Made by a program: the position numbers and the translations under genes. Below, in pieces: positions 50,628 to 62,390 of a stretch of 64,000 nucleotides of DNA. Numbering within the stretch: the first letter of the stretch is position 1; each line of letters begins with the position of its first letter. The stretch comes from Eukaryota sp. GEM-RC1 (lineage: Eukaryota): NCBI GenBank assembly GCA_040285855.1, contig JAUFOQ010000002.1, positions 1,736,001-1,800,000 on the forward strand, in the 5' to 3' direction. The notes under the pieces were generated by a model. It was not told where the DNA came from. It did not search any database and saw only the letters and a program-made list of their open reading frames with translations.

Positions 50628-52179
50628 TAGGGGTGGGCAAAAGTTAACCCACTAAAGTCAAACTAAACTGGACTAATGACGCACCAAAGTGAAACGGTAA
50701 ATTCATCAGTTGCACTAACACTAAATTAACAAGCAATTAGTCGGGTGAAAACCAAATTCTGATTCCTTTAGTCGGGTGAAAACTAAAGAAAATTGAATTT
50801 TGGTGCACTAAACCAGAAGTTAGTGTGAATTAACGTACGTTAAACTAAAATTGTATAATTTGTAATTATTTGTTCAAACAAAAACTTAATCATATGTTAT
50901 TCAAACAACTAATAAGATCACACTAAAACTAATAATCATTCATCTTCAACAATATCGATCATCTCCTCGTCTCAATTTCCATTGTCCAGAAACAATTTCA
51001 AACACAAATGACTTCTAACATTTGAGTCGGAAAGACAACTTCTCTGACGCGATACTAAGTTACCAGCACTGAACAAAACACGTGCACAGGGTACAGAGGT
51101 AGGTTGGATTCAATTTGCGGGGCTTTTTTGAGAGAAGAGCCACTAGGCTCATTGTCAGACTCAACCTCAATTAAACAAGACTTTTTAGAGGATGTTGAAT
51201 TCATTGAACTAGTTGTTATGATGTAAAGAAGATGTAAGACATTTGATTTAGAAGCTCAATAGTATAAGATTAGTGACTCAATTACAATGTAAGAACAAAT
51301 TAGTTTAATATGAGTTAGGTCACACAAAATGTCTTTAGTCGGGTGAAAACTAAATTCTGATTTCCTTAGTCGGGTGAAAACTAAACTAAACTGTCATTAG
51401 TCGGGTGAATACTAAATTCGGATTTCATTAGTCACACCCATAGTTGTGGATACCTAAATTCTGGTATTTCGGAGGTGTTAGGTATTGAGGTAGGTATTAG
51501 GTATTTTGATGTCTCATTTTACAATATATACCCTTCTAATGCTACGTATATATAGTATTAATTTTGTTTATTACAGTCATTTGGATTAACCGTTTTGGGT
51601 CTGAATTAAGTTTCGCTTTGGATTAAAAACAGTAATTGTTCTAAGTCAATACCATACTAAGATTGTTTGTTGAATTTTGACCAAACCTTCTCTTTGTATC
51701 ATCTTTTCCCAGAAATACGGACACTTCCATTGTCGCGATTAGGCAAACTTCTAAGAACCCATTCTGGAAGCTTGTCACAGTCAATGTTATCAAGAAATAA
51801 CTTATGGATATCAGGTGTAATGGTTGTCAACCATAGGGATGGACTATGCCAAAGTGGAAGAATAACATAGTTTGTAGCACTGTATATTGTTGAGTTAGAT
51901 GTTTTTATATATACATGTATATATTTTTATTATTAGTTAGATGTTTGTACAACAGGTTATATAAATTAGCTTCGATAATGTGCTCAATCATTTGTCTGGG
52001 TATTCAGGTATCAGGCTGAGGTATTCGGTATTTTGGTATTTTGGTAGGTATTAGGTATTCTTTTTTTGGGATATAGGTATCCACAACTATGGTCACACCA
52101 AAGTTAAACCAAAGTATGTGCACCAAAGTTAACTTTAGTACCGGGTTAATCTACCAAATTGACTTTATGCCCACCCCTA
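50628..52179. mobile_element. Non-autonomous hAT element with a transposase dimerisation-domain relic
   Basis: TIR TAGGGGTGGGCA / TGCCCACCCCTA; 8-bp TSD GAGTCAAC / GATTCAAC; TTAGTCGGGTGAA subterminal repeats; minus-strand IQPTSVPCARVLFSAG...R..LS (~51000-51110). Confidence 0.9.
51439..52091. mobile_element. Nested hAT MITE
   Basis: TIR CATAGTTGTGGATACCT / AGGTATCCACAACTATG; perfect 8-bp TSD GTCACACC (51431-51438, 52092-52099); GGTATT subterminal repeats. Confidence 0.92.
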
Positions 52180-52710
52180 GATTCAACCATAACATATGAT
52201 CAAAACGTTTGTTCGCTCTATTTTTTACGATTTTTCCGAAATCGTTTAAAAAAATCGATGCACTTTTTCCTAAACGTCCGTAAATTGGAAACAGCAAAGG
52301 GCATAATTCGTATTCAACATGTTTTACATGTTTTAAAGCCATCAATGGTTTCTTGTACTTATCCTGTTTGGCGTGTTCAGAAAGGGGAAGTTTCAGAGTA
52401 AGCATTCCTTAAAGATGTCTCTTTACAAACATCAACTGACACTACATCGACAACAAACAATTTGTCTGAAGAGAAGGGACAACAACATCGGCTCTCCGTT
52501 TACCAAAAATTGGTTCTGTTTTTCGACATTACAATTATTATTTGGTTATAAAGATCTTAGAAGTGGTTCAACAAATGACTCAATTTTGTAAGACTTACAC
52601 ATAGCATGTATTTGATCTCTTACAGCATCATGCATACACGCTCGATAAGTTATGTAACGATTACAACTTACCAAATGAGAAAACGTTAATTGTTTTCCAC
52701 AGCTACCATA
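52180..52710 (-). mobile_element. CRE-like non-LTR fragment (zinc knuckle + RLE), continuing at ~50560-50627 beyond the hAT insertion
   Basis: SCGKQLTFSHLVSC...HDAVRD, KQDKYK, IYGRLGK, ...MLWL | TRIAFTVF across the insertion. Confidence 0.75.
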
Positions 52711-53642
52711 TACATCAGGGCCTACGGAAAAATATTTAAATAAAATATGGGGAACTTTTTCTTGAATAAATAAATATGAGTTATTGCCGATGAAGAAAAT
52801 AAATAATTGCAATTATTTAAATTATTTATTCAATGGAAACAAGGATGCTACAACACTTCACAAACGTGATCTAACACGAACACTAGTACCTCTCCAGGTT
52901 TTTTGTGTTCTTATAACTTCCCAGATAGGTTTCAGTGTTAAGAAGGAATGATTTTATTGTAGACACAGTGTTCTATTCAACGAGAATGTGGTCAAACCAA
53001 AGCGATGTTTTCCGAACAACATCAAACACATTTTCACATATTTGGAAAGTTTCAGGGTTGGAAGAATACAATCAATGCCACAGGAATAGCGGTTTTGTGT
53101 TACGATGAGTAGAACTTTTTAAACCAATTTGGTCCGGCTCTATTTCGATAGAGGAATGAACTTTGTCAAGCCCAGAAAGGAAAAACGCCTTGTATTTACA
53201 CAAGATACCATCAATATTTACAACGGAGCTACCAAGACCACTACATCATCTCATATTCATGCTGAATTCAAAGAGACAGTTTAAAATCGAATCAAAAATA
53301 GTTTCGGAAGTATACGCTTCTCTACTGCAATGAGTTCTGTATCTAGTCTCAGTACATGATAAAGACCGTACTGAGTTGCAAATTTGACGGACTGCAACAT
53401 GTTGTAGTTTTCACCTTCATAGGTTGTTCGGTGAGAGAGAGAAAAAATATAAAAATAATTTTATATTTTCTGTTTTCACAAAATAAATAATGGAGAAACC
53501 CAACTTGAAAAAATAAATAAAATATCATTATTTATTGTAAATATTTAAATACAAATATTTTTCCGGAGGCCCTGATATACATTGAAGTGAACTGTTAGAG
53601 GTTTTTCGAAAAGCAATAAATACAACCAGTTTCAGTTTCTTT

Positions 53643-54892
53643 ATGCCTCGAAGAAACCGTGACAACGTTGTTGAACGTAACAACAAGAAGTTCCCTCCTA
53701 CTATTGTCCCTCCTAATCTTAATGACATTGAAGATATTACAGATCAAACCTCTGAGTCCTACCAATCTGCACTGACTTCCCAAGGATACTATGTCATTCC
53801 TCCTCATTCAGCTGTTAAACTCTGCTCCTGGACAAAACGATCTCTTCGTGATCAACCTGTTAACGTTCTTGATGGAGAAACCACTACAATGTGCTACAAA
53901 CATTCCTTCTACGGTATCTCCACCGCGTTCTGCATCCAATGCTCAACTTCCCTATCGTGTGCCAACCGTTGCGTCTTTTGCTGGCGTCACCAAAACGCCC
54001 CATTAGCTCGCTCTTGGAAATGGAAGGCTGCTCCACCCACTGAACTAGTCAATGCTCTTATTCTTGGCCAACAAAAGCTTGTCAAAGAACATCGAGGTGT
54101 TCCCAATGTCGACCTTGACCTAGTTGAAGAAGCATCAGCTCCTCGCCACGTGGCACTCTCTTTAGTAGGAGAACCAATCCTGTATCCTTTCTTTGACGAA
54201 CTCCTTTCAGAATTCCATCGCCAACGCATCTCTACTTTCATTGTTTGCAACGGCCAACATCCCGAGGAACTCTCCCGTATCTCTCTTGCTACCCAGGTTT
54301 ACATTTCAGTGGATGCTCCAAACTCTGACCTTTTAAAAGAGATTGATCGTCCTCTTCATAAGGATTATTGGACTAGATTGATTGACTCATTGACTGTCAT
54401 GAAGTCATTAAAGGCAAGAACATGTGTTCGATTGACTGCAATCAAGGGGGTCAATATGGAGGACGATCACATTGAAGATTATGTGAGTTTGATTAATATA
54501 GCTCAACCTACTTTTATTGAAGTTAAAGGCTATTCTCATGTTGGTGGATCTACTTCTAGAGGTATCTTGGAGAAAGCATCAATGCCTTGGCCAGAAGATG
54601 TCTTGTCCTTTGCAAGGAAAATAGAAAGAGCAAGTGATGGTGATTATACAGTGATTTCAGCTCACCTGCCTTCCAGAGCTGTCTGTTTGGCTCACAAATC
54701 ATTGTACCAAAATGGAAAGTGGTTAGCTTGGATTGATTTTGAGTCGTTTTTCGAAATATCTAATGGAAAGAAGTGGAATCTGAACCATTTGGTCTAAGCT
54801 TTTCTACTGAAATTCCAAGTGAAAATCTTTGGACTCATGATGATTCGGTATTTAAAATGGTAGAACAAAACCCAGAATTATTCGTTGATTAA
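53643..54892 (+). CDS. TYW1: tRNA wybutosine synthesis radical-SAM enzyme TYW1, no flavodoxin domain (C-terminal frameshift ~54768)
   Basis: HSAVKLCSWTK, CYKHSFYGI, CANRCVFCWR, HVALSLVGEP, NGQHP, YISVDA, FIEVKG, WIDF. Confidence 0.93.
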
Positions 54893-54968
54893 TGTTTAAA
54901 AATTCACTCCTACGAGTAGTCAAATTATTATTATTTAAATTCTGATAAACAAGAAATTTATTACAAAT

Positions 54969-57251
54969 CTACATAATGTTGTATTCTACAAGTCTTTCTC
55001 CATACTCCTCATTGAGTTCACCCACCAAATCATCATCTACATCATCACTGTTGCTTCCAACCTCAACTGTCACCTCCTGAACGGTAGCTTCATCAGCACC
55101 AGTTTCAGGACGTTGTTGACCAAAGTTCCTGAGACATTCAGCGGTAATGCTTGGACATTTACGTACATTCAAAACTTGAAGACTGGGTTTAGCAGCAATT
55201 CCAGCAATAGAATCTACTATAGCTTCACATTCTGACACATTAATTGTTTGAATCTTGGTCACAGTTGACAGAGCTTCAATTGTGGCTTCTCCCGCTTGAG
55301 TTCCTGACAAAGTAACAGCGTAAATAGTCTCAGCAGAAGACTTAATGATAGTGGCAAAAACTTCATCAGAAATTTGATCAAGAGCAGTCATACCCAGCTC
55401 CTTCAAGTTCTTACATGCATCAGACTCAGCAAAGGATTTGACATCGTCATTTGACACTTCCTCAACATTAGAAAGATCAAGCATCTCAAGGGAAGTAAAC
55501 TTTGAAAGGGAAGCGATTCCTGAACCAACGTTTGTCCAGCAAAGGTTCAAGACTTTAAGAGACTCAGATGAGGATTCAGCGAGAATCTCGACGACTCTTG
55601 AGCCACACTTACATCCATTAGCTTCAAACTTAGTCAGTTGACGTCCTTCAATGAACTTCTCAATAGCTTCTGAAGTAAAACCATCTTCTCCTAGTGAAAC
55701 CTCAGTCAATACTGTACAATTGGCAGCTAAAGCTTCTAACACTGAGTCAGTTAATCTAGGACACTCTGTTACAGCTAAACTAGTGAGAGAAGAACCAAAC
55801 TTCTCAGAAATTAAGGAAATGGCGGGGTCCTCCATCTTTTTACACCTTGAAACCACCAGTTTCTTCAATTGAGTGACCTTCTGAGCAATAGAAGTGACTC
55901 CAGCGGCTGATAGATTACGGCAACGTTCAACAAGAATCTCCTCTAATCCAGATCGTTCCTTAGAAATGAAGTAAAGCAACTCATCAGTAACATCCTCACA
56001 ACCAGAAACATCAATCCTGGTCAAATTAGGTACCATCTCAATAAACTTCTTCAAACAAGCATCATTCAACCAACAATAGTCAACATCCAGAGCCACTACC
56101 TTGTCTAATTCAACTCCAGTCCAGGAAGAACTCTCTGAAGAATCACTGAACTCCAAGTAAGAGAGGCCAGACTCCCCTATAACAATGTTCTTTGGGTTCT
56201 CCGGGACATCCTTCTTTTCATAGGTCTCAGTTCCTTCTTCTCCCTTTAAGAGATCATAGTAGGGCTTGAAGAGAACTTTGTTACCGTCCTCTAGTACCAA
56301 TCGCATGACGTGTTCCTCGTCTTCTTCATTACGCCACGTGGCAACATATTCAACAGTTCCTGAACATTCCTTGGCATCAAGAACAAGCCGACGAGCACCA
56401 CCAGACTCCCAAATCTCTTCTCCGTCCTCAGTGATCTTTACAAACTTGAAGGTGACGTCAGCAGGGGGGTTATCAATAGTTCCAACCCATTGGCCAATGT
56501 CTCCTCCCAACAGAGGAACTCCCTTGGTGAGATCCCAGGAACCAAACTTCTCGTCATTACCAACAACAAAGGCACGATCACCATCATCCAAGTCAATGTT
56601 GAGAGTGAAGGAGATTCCGGCAACAATAGGAGCTTCGTCTTCGTCTTGAGGTACGTCCATGAGAGAAGAATCAATGTTGTAGTCCGCTTCAACTTCCACG
56701 TCATCGTAGTTCATGTTTTCAGTGTCAACGCGAAGTTTTTCAAGAGAAGCGTTGATGTCGTCATGAGTGGCGTCTAGTTGACGGAGTTTGATCTTAAAGC
56801 CAGAATGAGTAGCACGAGCAGCGAGATCGTAGACACAGAAGATAACAATTCGGCGATTTCGGAGTTCATAAAGGTCAACGGGTTCAAAAAGAAGGGATTC
56901 GTCAACCCCGAGCTTTGCGCAACCTTTAACGAAGTTTTGGATGTTCTCCATACAGAAGAAAGCCATGTTAGACTTCATGTGGACTTTGGGGATAGTATCG
57001 GGTGTGATGATGTTGATGAGCTTGCACAGCAGTTGTCCATCACGACATTCTTCAAGCCAGTCGCTTTCAAAGCGATGTTCGAGAACAACTTCAAGCCAGA
57101 CTTGAACTTCTAAGAAATGTCGGTTCTCTTCATCAAGCCGAACTTCCTGGCGTGCCTTTTCTGAATCTCCGCTGACTGTTAGTCTCTTCTTTTCGACGTA
57201 GTTAATTTCCTGAAGGGTCATCTTGTTCGATGTGGAAAGAAAATTTGTCAT
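54969..57251 (-). CDS. Calponin-homology + CBM20 + F-box-type (AMN1-like) LRR protein
   Basis: CH: WLEVVL...CRDGQLLCKLIN...MENIQNF...LFEPVDLYE. CBM20: VVGNDEKFGSWD...W...FKFV...WESGGARR. C-terminal Cys-containing LRRs. Confidence 0.85.
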   Translation of the reverse strand: MTNFLSTSNKMTLQEINYVEKKRLTVSGDSEKARQEVRLDEENRHFLEVQVWLEVVLEHRFESDWLEECRDGQLLCKLINIITPDTIPKVHMKSNMAFFCMENIQNFVKGCAKLGVDESLLFEPVDLYELRNRRIVIFCVYDLAARATHSGFKIKLRQLDATHDDINASLEKLRVDTENMNYDDVEVEADYNIDSSLMDVPQDEDEAPIVAGISFTLNIDLDDGDRAFVVGNDEKFGSWDLTKGVPLLGGDIGQWVGTIDNPPADVTFKFVKITEDGEEIWESGGARRLVLDAKECSGTVEYVATWRNEEDEEHVMRLVLEDGNKVLFKPYYDLLKGEEGTETYEKKDVPENPKNIVIGESGLSYLEFSDSSESSSWTGVELDKVVALDVDYCWLNDACLKKFIEMVPNLTRIDVSGCEDVTDELLYFISKERSGLEEILVERCRNLSAAGVTSIAQKVTQLKKLVVSRCKKMEDPAISLISEKFGSSLTSLAVTECPRLTDSVLEALAANCTVLTEVSLGEDGFTSEAIEKFIEGRQLTKFEANGCKCGSRVVEILAESSSESLKVLNLCWTNVGSGIASLSKFTSLEMLDLSNVEEVSNDDVKSFAESDACKNLKELGMTALDQISDEVFATIIKSSAETIYAVTLSGTQAGEATIEALSTVTKIQTINVSECEAIVDSIAGIAAKPSLQVLNVRKCPSITAECLRNFGQQRPETGADEATVQEVTVEVGSNSDDVDDDLVGELNEEYGERLVEYNIM

Positions 57252-57313
57252 CACAGACAACTGTCTTCATACATCAACATCTTGTCACTCTTAGTGATAC
57301 ATCTACTTAAGTT

Positions 57314-57913
57314 ATGAAACTTTCCACAGACTCACTTCAATCAGAAGCCGAACTACTTGAACAAAAACTTGAACTCATCCGGAAACAGCGAACTCTGCAA
57401 AATGAAACGGTTTCACAAAAGAAACGCAGGGATGGTAACTTCTGGTCAAGTAGTCATAAAAGAACTGGAATCAAAGACCACAATGCTTTTGTCAGTGACT
57501 ATGAAACTCGACGTAGTGCTCGTAAGTCATCAAAACAGGATACCTCTCATACTCAACCACTTCCTTCAAGTCAAACAGTTCCAGTAACCACTGAACCATC
57601 CACTTCCACTGGTGTTTCCTGTTCAACATCACCACCACCAGATACCGATCAAGTTGAAGATTATTCTCCATCAGTTGATCCTGCAGATGATATGTGGATT
57701 CCTCCGTGGGGTGTAACTGAGGTCACTCCAGATGAGGGCAAGGTTGTGGAGGTTGCTCTTGGAACTCATTCCCCTCCTCCTCCAATTGACGTGGAACAAC
57801 TCAACAAGGACATTGATGCTGCTATTAAGTCACAGCCATTTATTGTTGCTCCCGCTGTTACAGTAAAGAAGAATTCCTATTTCGAACGTCTAAAGCCTGT
57901 TCCCAAGAGTTAA
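57314..57913 (+). CDS. Hypothetical low-complexity protein
   Basis: Intact 199-aa ORF with N-terminal coiled coil, divergent from the CH-LRR gene. Confidence 0.65.
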   Translation: MKLSTDSLQSEAELLEQKLELIRKQRTLQNETVSQKKRRDGNFWSSSHKRTGIKDHNAFVSDYETRRSARKSSKQDTSHTQPLPSSQTVPVTTEPSTSTGVSCSTSPPPDTDQVEDYSPSVDPADDMWIPPWGVTEVTPDEGKVVEVALGTHSPPPPIDVEQLNKDIDAAIKSQPFIVAPAVTVKKNSYFERLKPVPKS

Positions 57914-58215
57914 AGACATGATTTATATAAGACTTTGGATTTGAAGGTGCAATTAGTTACCTTTTAGTTGTTCTTTCCAAAAGACTTTTGTTATCAATCA
58001 TTTTGTAACAGTATCATTGGTTTAGTTTGATGTTATCCTCTGTTTTAAATGAGACCTGGTGAAATTCCACAGGTTGTTGAGTTATTGCAATTTATTCTCA
58101 AAGAATTAATGACAACAAATTTGAATCTACAGTGTCTTCTCTACAAATAAATATTTGAAAACTTATCTTCAAGTCACTAAAGTCGATTTTTGAATTAGTT
58201 AGTTAAATTATTTCA

Positions 58216-61200
58216 TTAAGTCACTAAAGGTCGCAATTGATTTCTCAGCCGTGTTAAGTTCTGAGCAAACACATCCCTATTCCCAGGTTCTAAATTGTTC
58301 TTTACGTTTTCTGACAAACCTCCAAACCATTCAATAGCTTGAGATTGTTGCTCTGGTAAAAGAACTGAAATGATTTGTTGTTGAACTCGTGAGAAGAGAT
58401 CAAAAAAGACAAGGATCAGACCTAATAGGGGTCGAGTGAGTGACCATTGGTTTTGGATATCTTCAAATAAAACTGCATTTAGCAAGAACTTTTCAATTTC
58501 TTCCAGAATTTTGTAACAATTTCCTTGACGTAACAGTAGTTTCAGTTTCTCCACACAAGGGTCTACATTAGCTCCATTAGCATAGATATAAGTCAACAAC
58601 GAGTCTAAACTAGAACAAGAATTAGAAACAACAAAGGAATCCAAACTCTTACACCCTTCCAAAAGAAACTCCAAAAACCAACAAATATACTGATCTCCTC
58701 GTTCTGATAAAGACAACAACAACTGGGGGTAGTACTGGCAGACCGCATCGCAGTAAACAACCACGGCTTTGGCAGACTTAGGATACTCCAGTACTGCCTT
58801 TACTGGGACAGAGACCATTAGGGAGAATAAAGTGACTGAAGTTACGGTTAGACTGTTGTCACCGTAGAGTTCACAGACACCAAAGTTGACGTAGTTGCCT
58901 GCTAGAGCATTGCCTATAGCAGAAAGAGCCGTGGTTATGTGTTTTAGTTTGTCAGTGTAGATATCTCGTCGTACCTGTACTTCCTTTGCATTCTCAGCAA
59001 ATGCCAAGAGACCAGCCGAGACATCACGGAAGAGGATGTTGCCTGTAGCTGAGTGATGTTTGAAGGAGCAACGAGAAGATCTTGCACATGCTAATTCTTC
59101 AAAGAATTTCAAAATATGAATTGAAAGATCGGGATCACGTGCAGAAACTTGACTGAGGGAGACAATCATATCACGATGATTGTTGTGCAACCATGTCAAA
59201 AACAAAGGATAGAACTTCTTATCAAGAATTGCTGAACATAGACCCCGTAGGTCCTTAAATAGAGAAATTACTTGAAATCGAAGCTCAGTGTCTCCAAACA
59301 AACTCTTCACGTCACCACTGACTCCTTCCTGAATCGCTTTGATTGTGACATCAATGGGCTTAACAAACTCAGAGAAGTTCGACACATGAAGGTCATCAAA
59401 GAGAATCCTTCCTAAAATGAAATAGTAGTTATACCTAGCATCAGAGTCAGTTCGACTAGTTAAAAACCTCAAATGAGATGATCGATGTTGAAGTAGAACT
59501 TGCTTGGTTGCAGAAGAGTCCTTAACCATCTTTGAACTCGCATATCCTGTCACTAACTCCCTAAAGACCTCTAGAGTAACGTCAATGATGTGTTCTTCAT
59601 CAGGATGATGGTGAAGATTGGAGATGATCTTTTGTAGTACAATGTTGATCATTTGGTCTTGAAGGGGGGTTCCAAGTACAGGTTCTAGTTTTGACTTGTA
59701 CATTGGGGAGTTTGTGACCTTGTCTGAGAGAAAAGCGCGGCAGAATTGGCGGAGAAAGAGGATCAGGGCATAATCAAGTTTTGGAACGACGATTGATTGA
59801 GTTACTTGGAGTTGGGTGGTTAAAAACTGGAGAACCAAACAAGCAAGTTGTACATCAATTTCATCGTGATCACCTGCTTTAGTCGATACAACCAATCGTG
59901 AGCTTAACAAACTGCCGATCAATCTGATCAACCAGGCAAGTGCAAGAGCTTTATTAGCTCCAATACTTGTCTGCCACGCACTCAGAATATGTGATGCCGT
60001 CGTTGAGTACTGTAAACGTGCAATAGTAGCCAATGCAGTCAAATGACCTCCACTTGAATCAAACTCGTCATCATCATAGTCTTCAGTTGCCATTTCTAAC
60101 CTAGCATTGACATATGAAGAAAATATACGTGGAATGACGTCATCAATCAATTGTCGCGGATTACTGTTAGAACTGTGAGCATAGGGGACTGAAGTTACCA
60201 ATCTATCCCAAAAAGATAAAAAGAAGAAGACCGCATTAGTGACGTCACCAGTCTTCATCAAAGCAAATGTCTGAACTGAGAACTCAGCCAAGTGCTTAAG
60301 CCAATCAGTCCATAAAGGACTCGAGTGGAGCTCAGAGAACTCAAAGTTAGTCTTAATTCTAACAAACAAACGAGCCATATCATGAAGTAGTTGAGGTGAC
60401 GTGTCAACAAACTGAGCAGGTGTCACACCAGAAGTTAAAAGATCGTAGGTACACTGCATTAGAGTGTGAAGGAAAGAGGATCTATATTCTTTAGATGCAA
60501 AGATAGATCTAGTAATGGAGGCAATACGAAGAATACAATTGAAGGCTTTAGAGGCTTCATCAGCAGGTACTAGCTTTTGAAGAGCAAAGAAAGCAGTAAT
60601 GATCTGGGGATTCTCAAAGAAAGGACGGAATTCTCTAGGTGCGTGGACAGTGGCGATGTCGTCGGCAGAGTCAGCCACTGCACAGGTTCCTATAAAATCA
60701 AAGGAGAGAACAGAAGTGATGACGTCGAGAGCTTCTCTGAGAACAATGAGGTTGGCAGTGTCAGTGGAAGGGGAAGAAACAAAGGAGAAAACAATGTTGA
60801 GGGCGATTTCAAAGATGGAGGGAAGGTGTACTTTGAACTGTTGAGATCGTCTACGGTGGAGAGAGAGTTGTTGGTCAGCTTGGGGAGTATTCATTTCTTG
60901 GACAAGTTCTTTAAAGAGAAGAAGGGCCAGGTAGGTTTTGATAGGAGTTCCCATTTGGAAGATGTGGGTGATATCACTGACAATGGCTCTCACTTCTTCA
61001 ATGTCAAGCCAAGCAAGTTTATCAAGGCGGACTAGGGATCTGGCAAACCCTGCTGTAACAAAAGGAGGTAGAGAATCGACTCGTTTGACTAGGAAGTTTA
61101 GGATGTTTGAGTGTAGAGTGGGTATTTGACTGGCAGGAATGGAAGAAAAGTGTTTACGCAGAATTGTGTTCAGGGCAGATGAGACAAAAAACAACGTATG

Positions 61201-61356
61201 TTGAGAGGATGACTGTTCCATTATGCAGAGCAGCTGTGAGATTCCATTGGCGGAAGAAATGAAGGTTGAGAGTTCTTGCTCAGCTAGCCGTTGTTCATCA
61301 GCATTGCTAGGCTCATAGAGCTTCTTACTCAGTACATCAATTTGAGAGACATCCAT
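58216..61356 (-). CDS. XPO7: Exportin-7 / RanBP17 (importin-beta family)
   Basis: LY.P....QR.AEQ.L, KLAW.D, HRR....F, LSFDFIGT, FKDLRG, LKFFEEL, GNYVNFGV.ELYGD, QWSLTRPLLGLIL, NLE..NRD.F.QNL. Confidence 0.93.
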   Translation of the reverse strand: MDVSQIDVLSKKLYEPSNADEQRLAEQELSTFISSANGISQLLCIMEQSSSQHTLFFVSSALNTILRKHFSSIPASQIPTLHSNILNFLVKRVDSLPPFVTAGFARSLVRLDKLAWLDIEEVRAIVSDITHIFQMGTPIKTYLALLLFKELVQEMNTPQADQQLSLHRRRSQQFKVHLPSIFEIALNIVFSFVSSPSTDTANLIVLREALDVITSVLSFDFIGTCAVADSADDIATVHAPREFRPFFENPQIITAFFALQKLVPADEASKAFNCILRIASITRSIFASKEYRSSFLHTLMQCTYDLLTSGVTPAQFVDTSPQLLHDMARLFVRIKTNFEFSELHSSPLWTDWLKHLAEFSVQTFALMKTGDVTNAVFFFLSFWDRLVTSVPYAHSSNSNPRQLIDDVIPRIFSSYVNARLEMATEDYDDDEFDSSGGHLTALATIARLQYSTTASHILSAWQTSIGANKALALAWLIRLIGSLLSSRLVVSTKAGDHDEIDVQLACLVLQFLTTQLQVTQSIVVPKLDYALILFLRQFCRAFLSDKVTNSPMYKSKLEPVLGTPLQDQMINIVLQKIISNLHHHPDEEHIIDVTLEVFRELVTGYASSKMVKDSSATKQVLLQHRSSHLRFLTSRTDSDARYNYYFILGRILFDDLHVSNFSEFVKPIDVTIKAIQEGVSGDVKSLFGDTELRFQVISLFKDLRGLCSAILDKKFYPLFLTWLHNNHRDMIVSLSQVSARDPDLSIHILKFFEELACARSSRCSFKHHSATGNILFRDVSAGLLAFAENAKEVQVRRDIYTDKLKHITTALSAIGNALAGNYVNFGVCELYGDNSLTVTSVTLFSLMVSVPVKAVLEYPKSAKAVVVYCDAVCQYYPQLLLSLSERGDQYICWFLEFLLEGCKSLDSFVVSNSCSSLDSLLTYIYANGANVDPCVEKLKLLLRQGNCYKILEEIEKFLLNAVLFEDIQNQWSLTRPLLGLILVFFDLFSRVQQQIISVLLPEQQSQAIEWFGGLSENVKNNLEPGNRDVFAQNLTRLRNQLRPLVT

Positions 61357-62390
61357 TGGAGCAAATTTTGGTTTTTGAATCACTTTTTCCTCATTTTCCC
61401 AACCATTACTGCAGCGTTACTAAAAGGGCACATAATACTACTTTGTAAACAGTGTATGAAAAAAATAGAATGGACCGTTCTACCTAAGGTATAATTGCAA
61501 ACAAAAACTACTAGTATATATACAATGAAGATGTCATTTCATTTCTATCCATTAACAACAATACTGTTAGAAGGGTTATAATGCAAAGCAATAATCTACT
61601 AATCTGGTTTTAGAGGACTTTTGGTGAAAACACACATGTTAGAAAGCCCTATCTATTTATATCTTAATTCACTTCTGCTAAACTTCTTTGTATAGTCTAA
61701 CGACATGAAGCCCAAGGGTCCAAACTTTAAATTTAAAGATTTCACATGATCCTTTCCAATGTGTCTTCTTTTTGAACATAAGGATCGAAAGAACACACTG
61801 GTGTAATCAATCAATTGTGATTTGACGACTAAGAGCTTCATAGTTTGAGTGAATCAATAATTCTACATTGTGCAAAAGGTCGTCTGTCCTAACATCAAAC
61901 TCGAATCATTTCCTATCAGAAATAATAGAACAATAAGATAGGATATCTGTCACAATTTTAAATAAAAACAAAGAACTGCAAAAATTCAAGTACAACAAAC
62001 CGATACAAGCCATATTCGGAGGAAAGATTGTTCATGGAGTCGAATTACCACTAGTGAAACCACTAGTGGAAGAACTGACCACTATTATGGTATCGTGACC
62101 ATATGAGCAAATGATAAGTCAAAGCCCTATCATTAATATATGTATTCTTAAGCATCTGTGAGATTCTACGGCAATGAATGTTGCTTTATTGATATCGAGT
62201 TCTATGTAGTTTCGTTTTCTATCTCAACGTTTCTGTTCTACAAAGTACTCATTATAACTATTCTCCAATTCCATTCAAAGGGGGAGCTTTACATGACATC
62301 AATTGACATCAACACGAATAAAATGAATTGTACCAAAAGTATCAGTATACAACAAAACTGTGAAAGTTCGGTTACAAATATTCTCTTCAA

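Noticed and set aside
50735..51430. TTAGTCGGGTGAAAAC repeats with short spacers resembling a CRISPR array
   Set aside because: They lie inside a TIR/TSD-bounded hAT element, spacers are similar to one another, and there are no cas genes: subterminal repeats.
1199..54892. Pervasive programmed ribosomal frameshifting (Euplotes-like) or RNA editing explaining split essential genes
   Set aside because: Breaks occur in both directions (missing A at ~2025, ~9848, ~41232, ~44745; missing T at ~5808, ~28746; extra T at ~9428; extra C at ~12316) and sit in homopolymer runs with no shared stop-adjacent motif. This fits long-read consensus error; short-read polishing would settle it.
55438..61129. Plus-strand ORFs antisense to the CH-CBM20-LRR and XPO7 genes (and similar shadow ORFs elsewhere)
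   Set aside because: Antisense or alternate-frame shadows of well-supported genes with no motifs of their own.
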